From: an uncultured Gemmatimonadaceae bacterium
Lineage (GTDB): Bacteria; Gemmatimonadota; Gemmatimonadetes; Gemmatimonadales; GWC2-71-9
Assembly: GCA_964638035.1 (NCBI GenBank)
Contig: CAZWXD010000004.1
Coordinates: 17,239 to 81,238, forward strand
Reading direction: 5' to 3'
DNA: 64,000 nt
Shown: in pieces, positions 9,303 to 17,937 of the stretch
How positions within the stretch are numbered: the first letter of the stretch is position 1
Layout: the number at the start of each line of letters is the position of its first letter
Notes under the pieces: model-generated
Told to the model about the DNA's origin: nothing
The model's database searches: none
Seen by the model: the letters and a program-made list of their open reading frames with translations, nothing else
Program-made: the position numbers and the translations under genes

Positions 9303-10274
9303 ATGCAAACACTTGCGCGCGCCGGGGGCCCATCCGCGGCACTGCTCGCGCATGACCTCGCGCAGAACCAGTTCCTGCCTATGTTTGGGAAGCCGGGAGG
9401 GCGAGTGGATCAGCAGGCGAAGTCGGCAACAACCCACATATTCACCGTGGACGTGGAGGAGTACTTCCACGCCCTGGCCCTTGCCAAGGTCGCTCCGCGG
9501 TCGCGCTGGCATACCTTTCCGAGCCGAGTCGAGGCGAGCACCAACGCCCTCCTGGAACTCCTTGCTCGGCACGACACTGTCGCCACGTTCTTCGTGGTCG
9601 GATGGGTCGCGGAACAGTTTCCCTCACTGGTGCGCAAGATCGCCATCGCGGGCCACGAGCTGGCCTCGCACGGGTACTGGCACCATCCGGTCACCGCGTT
9701 CGAGCCGGAAGAGTTCCGCGAGGACCTCCGCCATTCGCGGATCATCCTGGAACAGGTCTCCGGCCATCGCGTGCGCGGGTTCAGGGCACCCAGTTTCTCG
9801 ATCGTTCCGGGGTGTGAGTGGGCCTTCGATGTACTGCTCGAAGAGGGGTTCACGTGGGACTCGAGCCTCTTTCCCATCCGGCGGCCGGAGTACGGCTACC
9901 CGGGAGCGAGGCCTGATCCGTACCTGATCCGTCGCGACGCGGGCACGCTGCTCGAGCTGCCGATGACCACCACCAACTTCATGGGCATGCGAATTCCCGC
10001 CGCGGGTGGCGCCTACCTCCGGCAGCTCCCGTACGCCCTCACTGCACGCGCGTTTCGCGAGCATTCCATCCGCGGCGTGCCGGCCATGTTCTACGTGCAC
10101 CCGTGGGAGGTCGACCCGGGGCAGCCCCGGCTCAACGCCGGCCTCGTCTCGCGCCTGCGGCACTACCGCGGGCTCGAGGGCATGATGGCCAGGATCGAAC
10201 AGCTCCTCACGGAATTCACCTTCACCTCCGTGGAGCGGGCCCTCGACGTGCCGGCGCTCTGCGCCGCCGCCTGA
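9303..10274 (+). CDS. Polysaccharide deacetylase, PEP-CTERM-locus subfamily-like (TIGR03006-type).
   Basis: These are the last 323 codons of shadow-extended track ORF 4554..10274. Motifs: THIFTVDVEEYFH, FFVVGWVAEQFP, GHELASHGYWH, FRAPSFSI, AAGGAYLRQLPY, FYVHPWEVDPGQPRL. Alternative starts are ATG 9381 and GTG 9405, the latter preceded by GGGAGGG. Confidence 0.85.
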   Translation: MQTLARAGGPSAALLAHDLAQNQFLPMFGKPGGRVDQQAKSATTHIFTVDVEEYFHALALAKVAPRSRWHTFPSRVEASTNALLELLARHDTVATFFVVGWVAEQFPSLVRKIAIAGHELASHGYWHHPVTAFEPEEFREDLRHSRIILEQVSGHRVRGFRAPSFSIVPGCEWAFDVLLEEGFTWDSSLFPIRRPEYGYPGARPDPYLIRRDAGTLLELPMTTTNFMGMRIPAAGGAYLRQLPYALTARAFREHSIRGVPAMFYVHPWEVDPGQPRLNAGLVSRLRHYRGLEGMMARIEQLLTEFTFTSVERALDVPALCAAA

Positions 10275-10296
10275 CGATCCTTCCGCGACACCTCCC

Positions 10297-11319
10297 GTGA
10301 TACGGGTCGAGCGCTTCACGGGGCCTGCCACCGAGTGGGATGGGTTCGTACGCCAGCAGCCGGGGTGGACCCCCTTCCACCTCGAGGCCTGGCGTGGGAT
10401 CATCGCCGGGACCTTCGGGCACGCGACGCCCTACCTCGTGGCGCGCGAGGCGGGCCAGGTCGTGGGCGTGCTCCCCCTGGTGCTGGTGCGCAGTGCGGTC
10501 TTCGGTCGCTTCCTCGTGTCGATGCCGTACGTGAACTACGGTGGACCATTGGGCCGGCCCGACGCGGTGCAGGCCCTGGCCGAGGAAGCCGTGCGGCTCG
10601 GGCGGGCGGCGCGCGTCAAGCTCACCGAGTTCCGGGCGCGCTCGGAACAGGAGATCCTCCTCCCGGTGTCGCACCGCAAGATCACCGTGGTCCTCGACCT
10701 TCCGCCGTACGATGCCCCGGCGCTCTTCAAGGGGTTCGAGGCCAAGCTGCGCAGCCAGGTGCGCCGGCCGCAGAAGGAAGGCATCACGGTGCGCTGGGGG
10801 GCGGGCGAGCTGCCGGCCTTCTACGCCGTCTTTTCCCGCCACATGCGCGACCTCGGCACCCCGGTGCTGCCCCTGCGCTTCTTCGAGGCGATCGTGCGCG
10901 CGTTCGGGGACGAGGTGTGGGTGGCCTCGGCGCGGTTGAAGGACGAGCCCGTGGCAGCGGGGTTCGGGTTCCGCTTCGGCGAGGCCGAGTTCGAGATGAC
11001 CTGGGCCTCGTCGCTGTATGCGTACAACCGCCTCTCCCCCAACATGCTCCTCTACTGGTCGTTCCTCGAGCGCGCCTGCGGGGAGGGACTTACCCTCTTC
11101 AACTTTGGCCGCTGCTCGCCCGGGGCGGGCACCCACCGGTTCAAGAGCCAGTGGGGGTCGCGGGACGAGACCCTCTGGTGGTACCAGGACGCCGCGGGCG
11201 CCGCCAACACGCCGTCGCCCGATGATGGCGCCTACGCCTGGGGGCCGCGCGTCTGGCGCCGGCTCCCGCTCCGGCTGGCCAACCTGCTTGGCCCGCCGGT
11301 GGTCTCGGGCATTCCCTGA
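10297..11319 (+). CDS. FemAB-family protein, PEP-CTERM-system-associated type (TIGR03019-like).
   Basis: Track ORF of 340 aa: WDGFVRQQPGWTPFHLEAWRGIIAGTFGH, VVGVLPLVLVRSAVFGRFLVSMPYVNYGGPLG, FEMTWASSL, LLYWSFLERACGEGLTLFNFGRCSPGAGTHRFKSQWG. It lies 22 nt downstream of the deacetylase. Confidence 0.8.
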   Translation: MIRVERFTGPATEWDGFVRQQPGWTPFHLEAWRGIIAGTFGHATPYLVAREAGQVVGVLPLVLVRSAVFGRFLVSMPYVNYGGPLGRPDAVQALAEEAVRLGRAARVKLTEFRARSEQEILLPVSHRKITVVLDLPPYDAPALFKGFEAKLRSQVRRPQKEGITVRWGAGELPAFYAVFSRHMRDLGTPVLPLRFFEAIVRAFGDEVWVASARLKDEPVAAGFGFRFGEAEFEMTWASSLYAYNRLSPNMLLYWSFLERACGEGLTLFNFGRCSPGAGTHRFKSQWGSRDETLWWYQDAAGAANTPSPDDGAYAWGPRVWRRLPLRLANLLGPPVVSGIP

Positions 11320-11321
11320 GC

Positions 11322-12491
11322 ATGGCCACAGGGAGCCAGCTCCCCGCCTACAGCCCCGTGTCGCTTCGCTCGCTCGGGGCCGGTGTGGTGGCCCTGTTCG
11401 GTGCGCGCCGGGCCCGTGGCGAGGTCGCCGAGTTGGTGCGGTCGGCGTATCCGGTGCGGGCGGTGGTCCTGACCGATAGCGGTACCAGTGCGCTGCAACT
11501 CGCGCTGCGCATGGCACGCGAGGACGCGGCCGCCGGCGGTGACCCGGCACTGGTGGCCCTTCCTGCCTGGGGCTGCTTCGACCTGGGCACTGCGGCCCTG
11601 GGTGCGGGCGTGCGATTCGTCCCCTACGACCTCGATCCTGCCACATTGGGCCCCGACCTGGCGTCATTGCGAGCGGCGCTCGCCCGGGGTGCCCGGGCCG
11701 TGGTGGTGGCCCACTGGTATGGGGTGCCGGTGGACGTCGCGTCGGTGCGGGCGCTTGCCGCCGACCATGGCGCCTTCGTCATCGAGGATGCGGCGCAGGG
11801 AGTGGGTGCCAGCATCGGCGGTGTGCCGGTCGGCGCGCTCGGCGACCTGGGCGTGCTGAGCTTTGGCCGGGGGAAGGGCCGCACGGGCGGAGGGGGTGGA
11901 GCCTTGCTCGCCACCAGCGAACTGGGGGAGGCTCTCCTCAATCGGGTGGGCAGCACCATCGGGCCCGCTGGAGCCGGTGTGTGGCAGGGCGTCGGGCTGG
12001 GGGCGCAATGGATCCTGGGGCGCCCCTCGCTGTACGGGATGGCGGAGGCGATGCCGTTCCTCAGGCTGGGCGAGACGGTATGGCACGATCCCACTCCACC
12101 CCGCGGACTCCCGGGGTTCGCGGCGGGTGCCTTGGTGGTGTCGTGGCGGGACTCGGACCGGGAGGTAGCTGCGCGAGTGGCCTGCGCCCGCGACTGGAAG
12201 CAGCTGCGGCCGGACCTGGTTTATCCGGAAACGGCAGTGCCGGGTGCGGTGACGGGGTTCCTCCGGCTGCCGGTCGTCACTCGCAACGCCGATGAGCGCA
12301 CGCAGTTGCTCGCGGTGCCGGGCGCCATGCCCGGCTATCCAGTACCGCTCCCCGCGGTGCCGCAGCTGGCGAGGATTGCGGTGGGCACGGGCCCGTGGCC
12401 GGGGGCGGATCGGCTCACGAGGGATTTGGTGACCCTGCCGTGTCATCGGTGGGTCCGCCCGACTCCAGGAGTGGCATCCCGGGTTTCCTGA
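11322..12491 (+). CDS. DegT/DnrJ/EryC1/StrS-family PLP-dependent sugar aminotransferase.
   Basis: Track ORF of 389 aa: LTDSGTSALQLAL, FVIEDAAQGVGA, and SFGRGKGRTGGGGGALL (lysine in the SFxxxK context). It starts 2 nt after the FemAB stop. Confidence 0.8.
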   Translation: MATGSQLPAYSPVSLRSLGAGVVALFGARRARGEVAELVRSAYPVRAVVLTDSGTSALQLALRMAREDAAAGGDPALVALPAWGCFDLGTAALGAGVRFVPYDLDPATLGPDLASLRAALARGARAVVVAHWYGVPVDVASVRALAADHGAFVIEDAAQGVGASIGGVPVGALGDLGVLSFGRGKGRTGGGGGALLATSELGEALLNRVGSTIGPAGAGVWQGVGLGAQWILGRPSLYGMAEAMPFLRLGETVWHDPTPPRGLPGFAAGALVVSWRDSDREVAARVACARDWKQLRPDLVYPETAVPGAVTGFLRLPVVTRNADERTQLLAVPGAMPGYPVPLPAVPQLARIAVGTGPWPGADRLTRDLVTLPCHRWVRPTPGVASRVS

Positions 12492-12534
12492 AGGGTTCCA
12501 CCGCATTCCGCAGCGAGCTTCTGCCTGCTGACAG

Positions 12535-12552
12535 TGTGCAGAATTCAGCACA
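12535..12552. promoter_or_regulatory. Near-perfect 18-bp palindrome (candidate operator) in the gap upstream of lipoprotein paralog 1.
   Basis: TGTGCAGAATTCAGCACA has one mismatched pair. The form is TGTGC-N8-GCACA, centred on GAATTC. Confidence 0.35.
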
Positions 12553-12615
12553 TAATCTTCCGCAACGTCCACATCCATAACTTGCGCTATATCAACCTGA
12601 TCCCACATATTTGCT

Positions 12616-12631
12616 GGGCAGCGTAATCGCT
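12616..12631 (+). promoter_or_regulatory. Candidate sigma-54 (-24/-12) promoter upstream of lipoprotein paralog 1.
   Basis: GGGCAGCGTAATCGCT compared with TGGCACG-N4-TTGCW. GG-N10-GC spacing is correct, and GGCA and T-GCT match. It lies in the AT-richer 195-nt gap, about 55 nt upstream of the 12687 start. Confidence 0.35.
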
Positions 12632-12686
12632 GCGCTGGCCAAGAATTAGTCGTTTCGCTTAGCACGACGGTTGCTGTGTCCATTCT

Positions 12687-13649
12687 GTGACCCAACTCAC
12701 CAGGGCATTGATGCGCCTCCCAATCCGGCGAACCCTCGCCGGCATGGCCTTGTTGGCTTCCGCCTGCATCCAACCGGCAGGCGAAGATGGTCTTGAGCCA
12801 CCACCGGCAGGACCCGAGGTCCCCCCTCCAGCTGCGGCGACGCTTGCCAACGAGTGTGCGCGCCCGGGGACGGGGTGGATCTGGTGCGATGACTTCGACC
12901 AGGACCGATTGGCGAGTTACTACGGCTACGACGATGCCTCCGGCCGCTTCGTGAGGTTGGCCGGCGCCGGGGCGGAAGGCTCGGTGGCCATGCGGTCGAC
13001 CTTTACGACCGCACCACAGCGGTCATCCGGTTCGCTGCACTTGGCCTTCGGGAAGGTGCCGATGGCGTCATTCCGGCCGGTGGATGGCGGGACTGAGCGG
13101 TATCGCGAGGTCTACTGGCGGCTGTACGTCCGGTACCCAACGACCTGGGAGGGGGGCGGGGGCGACAAGCTCTCGCGCGCCACCAGCTTCGTCTCGACCA
13201 GCAACTGGGCGCAGGCCATGATCGCGCATGTCTGGAGCGGCGCTGGCGAGCCTTGGCAGGACTATCTCTACATCGACCCCGCCTCGGGCACTGACACGGC
13301 GGGCGTGGTCCGCACAACCACCTACAACGACTTCCCCAACCTGCGATGGCTCGGTGCGAGGCAGGGCTCGACGGCACTCTTTGCGCCGGCGTCACTGGGC
13401 CGCTGGTACTGCATCGAGGCGCATGCACGCCTCAATGATCCCGGCACCGCGAACGGGGTGTTCGAGCTGTGGGTGGACGGACAGCTCGATGCGCGCCGGG
13501 ACGCCCTCAACTGGGTGGGCCGCTACGAGGAGTACGGCATCAACGCGGTGCTGTTGGAGAACTACTGGAACGCGGGATCGCCGGTGGAGCAGGACCGCTA
13601 CATCGACAACCTGGTCGTGAGCACCGCCCGCATCGGGTGCCCGGCCTGA
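12687..13649 (+). CDS. Secreted or lipoprotein-like protein with a predicted ConA/LamG-like or polysaccharide-lyase-like jelly roll (paralog 1 of 3).
   Basis: Track ORF of 320 aa. Signal peptide with a lipobox-like LLASAC. C-terminal block GRWYCIEAHARL...GVFELWVDGQL...ENYWNAGSP...YIDNLVVS is shared in pattern with 13708..14598 and 15860..16930. The fold assignment is pattern-based only. Confidence 0.65.
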   Translation: MTQLTRALMRLPIRRTLAGMALLASACIQPAGEDGLEPPPAGPEVPPPAAATLANECARPGTGWIWCDDFDQDRLASYYGYDDASGRFVRLAGAGAEGSVAMRSTFTTAPQRSSGSLHLAFGKVPMASFRPVDGGTERYREVYWRLYVRYPTTWEGGGGDKLSRATSFVSTSNWAQAMIAHVWSGAGEPWQDYLYIDPASGTDTAGVVRTTTYNDFPNLRWLGARQGSTALFAPASLGRWYCIEAHARLNDPGTANGVFELWVDGQLDARRDALNWVGRYEEYGINAVLLENYWNAGSPVEQDRYIDNLVVSTARIGCPA

Positions 13650-13668
13650 CATCAACGCACGCTGCCCG

Positions 13669-13684
13669 TGGCACGGGCGGCGCC
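13669..13684 (+). promoter_or_regulatory. Candidate sigma-54 (-24/-12) element upstream of lipoprotein paralog 2.
   Basis: TGGCACGGGCGGCGCC has a perfect TGGCACG -24 box and GC at the correct -12 position, but the -12 box is otherwise poor. It lies only ~25 nt from the ATG at 13708. It also overlaps an inverted repeat, GCCCGTG/CACGGGC. Confidence 0.25.
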
Positions 13685-13707
13685 AACCCCGGAAGGGACG
13701 AGCCAGG

Positions 13708-14598
13708 ATGAAGTACCTCTCGAAGCTGTCGAACCGGATGGCCCAGATGCATGCGCTCGCCCTGGGTGCGGGCGTGCTCCTTGGCGCCTGCAACCTCAAC
13801 CTGCAGGAGCCCATCTCGTACGATGCGCTGAATCCTCCCGACGAGACCATCCCCCTTCCCGAAACGTCCCGCACCTGCGAGAACGAGCCGGCTGGCTTTA
13901 CGCGGGCCATCGATGCGCCGATGAACACCCTGCCAGCCCTGTCGCCCAATCCCAGCGCGGAGGGCATGCTGCACTGGCCCAACCAGACGCGGACGCTCTT
14001 CATCGAGCAGTCGCCCACGGCGCCGCTCTCGCCGAGCGGGGTGCTGCGAGTCGTCTACCCGCAGGGGCAGCGGGGCGGCGAGGCGCCATCCCGCTGGGGC
14101 ACGCGCACGCTTCCGCAGAACACCGGGTCGATCTATGTGTGCTCGTGGGTTCGCTTCATGCCGGGTTGGACCTCGAACGGCAACGTGGGGACCAAGTTCT
14201 TCGTGATGCGGGGCCCCAGCGCTACCAATCACGTGGTCGGCTTCCTGGCCGGCGCCGGTTCGACGCACAACTACCTCTACACCACGCCGCAGTTCAATGA
14301 TGGGTTCGCCTACAACCTGGGTGCCGCGGAGACGCCGGAGAACGACGTCGGCGGCGGCGGCTGGCACAAGGTGGAGGTGCTCTGGGTGGCGAACACGCCG
14401 GGCCAGCGGGACGGGGAGTACCGGCACTGGGTCGATGGGCGGCTTATCGCCGTCGCCACCGATGCATGGTACTTCGCCACCGGCGACACGCCGCGCTGGG
14501 ACTCGTTGTTCTTCGACCCGACCTATGGCGGCGGAGCCAACACGGTGCCCTTCGACCAGTTCTTCGAAGTGGACCACTTCGTCGTGAGCGTGAAGTAG
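13708..14598 (+). CDS. Lipoprotein, paralog 2 of 3 (ConA/LamG-like C-terminal pattern).
   Basis: Track ORF of 296 aa. Lipobox LLGAC. GGWHKVEVLWVA...GEYRHWVDGRL...DPTYGGGANTVPFDQFFEVDHFVVS. Confidence 0.7.
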   Translation: MKYLSKLSNRMAQMHALALGAGVLLGACNLNLQEPISYDALNPPDETIPLPETSRTCENEPAGFTRAIDAPMNTLPALSPNPSAEGMLHWPNQTRTLFIEQSPTAPLSPSGVLRVVYPQGQRGGEAPSRWGTRTLPQNTGSIYVCSWVRFMPGWTSNGNVGTKFFVMRGPSATNHVVGFLAGAGSTHNYLYTTPQFNDGFAYNLGAAETPENDVGGGGWHKVEVLWVANTPGQRDGEYRHWVDGRLIAVATDAWYFATGDTPRWDSLFFDPTYGGGANTVPFDQFFEVDHFVVSVK

Positions 14599-14611
14599 CC
14601 GGGTCCGCCCC

Positions 14612-15814
14612 CTACGGGCCCCCTTCCTCGTGCCGGGCCGTGCGCACCCAGTGCTTGCGGCCCGACATGCCGAACGCCCGCAATCCCACGCCCACGCGCC
14701 AGGCGGCGTAGACCGGCAGGTAGGCGAACGCACGGAGTGCCGCACCGGGCGCTTCGTGCCGCACCAGCGAGACCAGCGCGTACCAGGCTGGTTGCACGAT
14801 CCCCAGGCTGAACAGCACCGTGAGTGGAAGGCGCAGCGGCGATGGCGCCAGTTGTGCCGCCGCCATCCCTGCCATGGCCATGGCCGCGCGGACCACCGGA
14901 CCCACGTTGCTCAGCTCCGCCACGAGGTCGAGGCGCTGGAGCAGCGAGAGGCCGGGGGCCGCCAGGATCCGGCCAGCCCACGCGCGGAGGACGGAGAGCC
15001 GCCCCGCCGTCCAGCGCGCGCGCTGGGTGCCGCTCTGGTCGAGCGAGCGCGCCTCCTGCGCGTACACCCGGCATCCACCGAGGTACCGTGAAGGAACCCC
15101 CGCCAGGGTGTAGCGCACGTAGAGCTCCCAGCCCTCGGTGATCGTCTCCGTCGCGAGGCCATGGCGCTCGAGGACCTCCCACCCGATCACGCTCCCGTCA
15201 CCGGTGAGCGGAACGGCAAGGCCGGCGCGTGCCTTCAGGGCATAGGCGATGCCGTACCGGCTCCGGGTGAGGATGCCCGCCATGCGCGTGATCGCCGTCT
15301 CACCCTCATTGCTCATGTCGTCGTAGACCTGTACCGCCGACCCGCGCAACCGGGGCACGGCGCCGATGTCGCGCGCCAGGTGGGCATCGACGATGGTGTC
15401 GGCATCGATGATGATGAGGGCATCGAACGGTTCGTGCCGGACCTGGTCCCACGTCCAGGCGAGTGCGTGCCCCTTGCCCCGCAGCGTGGACGTCGTGCGC
15501 TCGAGGACGCGGGCCCCGGCGTCCCGCGCGGCGCGGGCGGTGCCGTCAGTGCAGTTGTCGGCCACCACGACCACGGCCATGTGGTCCGCCGGGTAGGCCA
15601 TTGCCCTGAGGGAGCCCACTGTCCGGCGAATGAGGAGCTCCTCGTCGTGCGCGGGCACCACGAAACACAGTCGCGCCGTGGCCTGCGCCGCGTCGCCAGG
15701 CCCCTGCCGCCGGCCGGCAAGCCACATCCAGAAGTCCGCCAGGGCCGGCAGGGCGACCCAGAGGGCCAGGGGAGCCAGAAGCACGGCAAGCACCATCGCA
15801 AGCGCCACGGTCAT
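14612..15814 (-). CDS. Membrane family-2 glycosyltransferase with a processive-synthase signature (QxxRW).
   Basis: Track ORF of 400 aa. N- and C-terminal hydrophobic segments. Motifs: FVVPAHDEE, ADNCTDGT, IIIDADT (DxD), QRARW. Confidence 0.85.
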   Translation of the reverse strand: MTVALAMVLAVLLAPLALWVALPALADFWMWLAGRRQGPGDAAQATARLCFVVPAHDEELLIRRTVGSLRAMAYPADHMAVVVVADNCTDGTARAARDAGARVLERTTSTLRGKGHALAWTWDQVRHEPFDALIIIDADTIVDAHLARDIGAVPRLRGSAVQVYDDMSNEGETAITRMAGILTRSRYGIAYALKARAGLAVPLTGDGSVIGWEVLERHGLATETITEGWELYVRYTLAGVPSRYLGGCRVYAQEARSLDQSGTQRARWTAGRLSVLRAWAGRILAAPGLSLLQRLDLVAELSNVGPVVRAAMAMAGMAAAQLAPSPLRLPLTVLFSLGIVQPAWYALVSLVRHEAPGAALRAFAYLPVYAAWRVGVGLRAFGMSGRKHWVRTARHEEGGP

Positions 15815-15859
15815 GCCGGCAACTCCCCCCGGTGGGGTCGTGGTACTACCCTACTGGCA

Positions 15860-16930
15860 ATGACACCATCCACCTGTGCCTCCCCCGGCGTTGGGCGCCC
15901 ACAATGTATACGGCCCGGTTGGGCCGCCGCCCTCGCCCTGCTGGCGGGCCTCGCTGGCTGTACGGAGGCGCGCGATCAACTGCCACACCTCGCCGGCCGG
16001 GCCGCCTCCGCGCCTGCGTCCCCGCGCCCGGCGCCGGCGCGGCTCGTGCGCCCCCCCGCGTACGCTACCCATGAGCCCGAGGGCTTCGTGGCACCGTGGC
16101 GGGCGTTCGACGCCTCTGAGCTCCCGCCGGCCAATGCCTGCAAGCCTCCCAACGCCTTCGGGATGTGCGGGTGGCAGGGGCAGATGCTCACGCTGCGCCT
16201 GGAGCGTGAGGACGACAGGCCCTTCATGCGGATCACCTACCCCGGGCGGGCAAACGCACTGCGCGACAAGGTGTGGGCCGCGCCCGACTACGGTGGGCGT
16301 GCCCCGAGCCGCTTCGGCCTCGCCATGCAGCTCGATTCGCTGCGAGCCACCAAGCTCTACCTGCGCATGGAGTACCGCCTGAGCCCCAACTGGACCTTCT
16401 GGGGTGCCAAGCCGCCGGCGTTCACGGAGCGGGCCTGGAACACCGGCATGAAGCTGTTCTTCCCGCGCGTGCGCGGCGAGACGGCCACCGGCGAGGTCGT
16501 GGCGCCCTGGGAGAACAACGTGGTGATGCTCGCCGCCAGCAGCGATGACGCGAAGGAACCCCTGGGTGAGGGGTGGAAGGACGGCGGCGGCCGTCGCGAA
16601 GGCATCACCCACGAACTGCAGATGCAGCACTATGCCTATGGCTGGTCCGGCGTGCCACGGCGGTTCGTGTGCGACCGCGGACGCTGGTGCCAGCTGGAAG
16701 TGCTGGTGACGATGGGTGACAGCCTGGGGCAGGAGGAGGTGTGGATGAACGGCGAGCACGTCCGGACCCAGCCCTTCATCACGCCGCGCTTCCGGCAGGA
16801 TCGCACGAAGCTCAGGAAGGTCTGGTTCAGCTATGTCTGGGCGGAGCCGACCTTCGGCGGCGGGCTCAACATCCCGTGGGAAGACCAGTGGGTTGATATC
16901 CGCTCGTCCTATGTGTCACTGGGACGCTGA
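15860..16930 (+). CDS. Lipoprotein, paralog 3 of 3 (ConA/LamG-like C-terminal pattern).
   Basis: This is the in-frame tail of track ORF 15161..16930; the upstream part is antisense to the GT2. ATG at 15860 gives MTPSTC...ALLAGLAGC (lipobox LAGC). GRWCQLEVLV...EEVWMNGEHV...EPTFGGGLNIPWEDQWVDIRSSYVS. Confidence 0.65.
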   Translation: MTPSTCASPGVGRPQCIRPGWAAALALLAGLAGCTEARDQLPHLAGRAASAPASPRPAPARLVRPPAYATHEPEGFVAPWRAFDASELPPANACKPPNAFGMCGWQGQMLTLRLEREDDRPFMRITYPGRANALRDKVWAAPDYGGRAPSRFGLAMQLDSLRATKLYLRMEYRLSPNWTFWGAKPPAFTERAWNTGMKLFFPRVRGETATGEVVAPWENNVVMLAASSDDAKEPLGEGWKDGGGRREGITHELQMQHYAYGWSGVPRRFVCDRGRWCQLEVLVTMGDSLGQEEVWMNGEHVRTQPFITPRFRQDRTKLRKVWFSYVWAEPTFGGGLNIPWEDQWVDIRSSYVSLGR

Positions 16931-17898
16931 AGGCCGGGCCAGTCGGGCTCAGGTCGACCCAGCATCCCCTTGGCCAGGTCGGTGATGCCCAGCACTTGCG
17001 CCCGGAACCGCCAGCCGCGGCGGTTCACCGACATCACGAAACGCTGGACCGGTCGCGCGGCGACGGCGCCAGCCAGGGTACGCGGCGCGACCCCAAGGCA
17101 CCATCGCATCCCGGCCTGGCGCGCCAGCGCTACCGTGCGGTCGTCCCCCGCCCCATAGGGCACGGCCAGGGCGGCAACGGGTGCCACCCCCAGGTCGCGC
17201 AGTACGCCCATCGATCCCGCCACCTCGTCCACCACCTCGTCGCTGCCCAGCGTGGCCAGGGCGGCATGGGTCACGGTGTGCGGGCCCACGCTGACCAGCG
17301 GGTCGCTGGCCAGCCGCTGCAGCGCCCCTGCCGTGAGCGATCGCATCGCCGTGCTGAACCCCGCCGTGTGCTCGGCCCGCTCGAGTGCCGATTCCTGTCC
17401 TGCTGAGAGCCGGCCAGCACCGTGGGCCAGGATGGCGTTGCGAATGTCAGTGAGCGTCGGCGCGGTGCCGGCGGCGCCCAGGCCGAAGGTCGCCGCAAGG
17501 GCGAGCCATTGCGGCGCCGACAGGTGCGGCTCGAGGTCCTCGATCCGGTCCCACCAGAACTTCCCACCACCGGTGAGCGCCCCGGACACGGCGAAGACGC
17601 TGGCCGGCGCCCCCGCATGCCGGAGCACCGGCAGGGCGAGGTCGAGCACTCCCGTGTAGGCGTCGTCGAATGTGATGGCGAACAGGCCCCGCGTGGGGCG
17701 ACCCGCCTCCACCCGGGCCAGCAGGTCGGCGAGTGGCACGATCGTCCCCAGGGACTGCAGTAGCGCCACGTCAGAGGCGAACTGCTCGACCGGCACGTGG
17801 AACGCCGGCCTCGACACCAGGTTCCCTCCGGTGATGCCGTGGTAGCACAGGATGGCCCCGTGCCGCTGCAGCATGCGTGGACTCATCGTGCCCGGCAC
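16909..17898 (-). CDS. Polysaccharide deacetylase (NodB-homology) family protein.
   Basis: Track ORF of 329 aa: FAITFDDAY, SVFAVSG, GPHTVTHAAL. It overlaps the convergent lipoprotein gene by 22 nt. Confidence 0.75.
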   Translation of the reverse strand: MPGTMSPRMLQRHGAILCYHGITGGNLVSRPAFHVPVEQFASDVALLQSLGTIVPLADLLARVEAGRPTRGLFAITFDDAYTGVLDLALPVLRHAGAPASVFAVSGALTGGGKFWWDRIEDLEPHLSAPQWLALAATFGLGAAGTAPTLTDIRNAILAHGAGRLSAGQESALERAEHTAGFSTAMRSLTAGALQRLASDPLVSVGPHTVTHAALATLGSDEVVDEVAGSMGVLRDLGVAPVAALAVPYGAGDDRTVALARQAGMRWCLGVAPRTLAGAVAARPVQRFVMSVNRRGWRFRAQVLGITDLAKGMLGRPEPDWPGLQRPSDT

Positions 17899-17937
17899 GC
17901 CGGCATCACGGCCCCCTCGCGACGTGGTGGCATCGCG

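Noticed and set aside
13664-13680. Inverted repeat GCCCGTG-g-CACGGGC after lipoprotein 1 as a terminator.
   Set aside because: The loop is too tight (effective 5-bp stem) and there is no U-tract. The same bases form the TGGCACG box, so the interpretation is ambiguous and I left it as a low-confidence promoter element.
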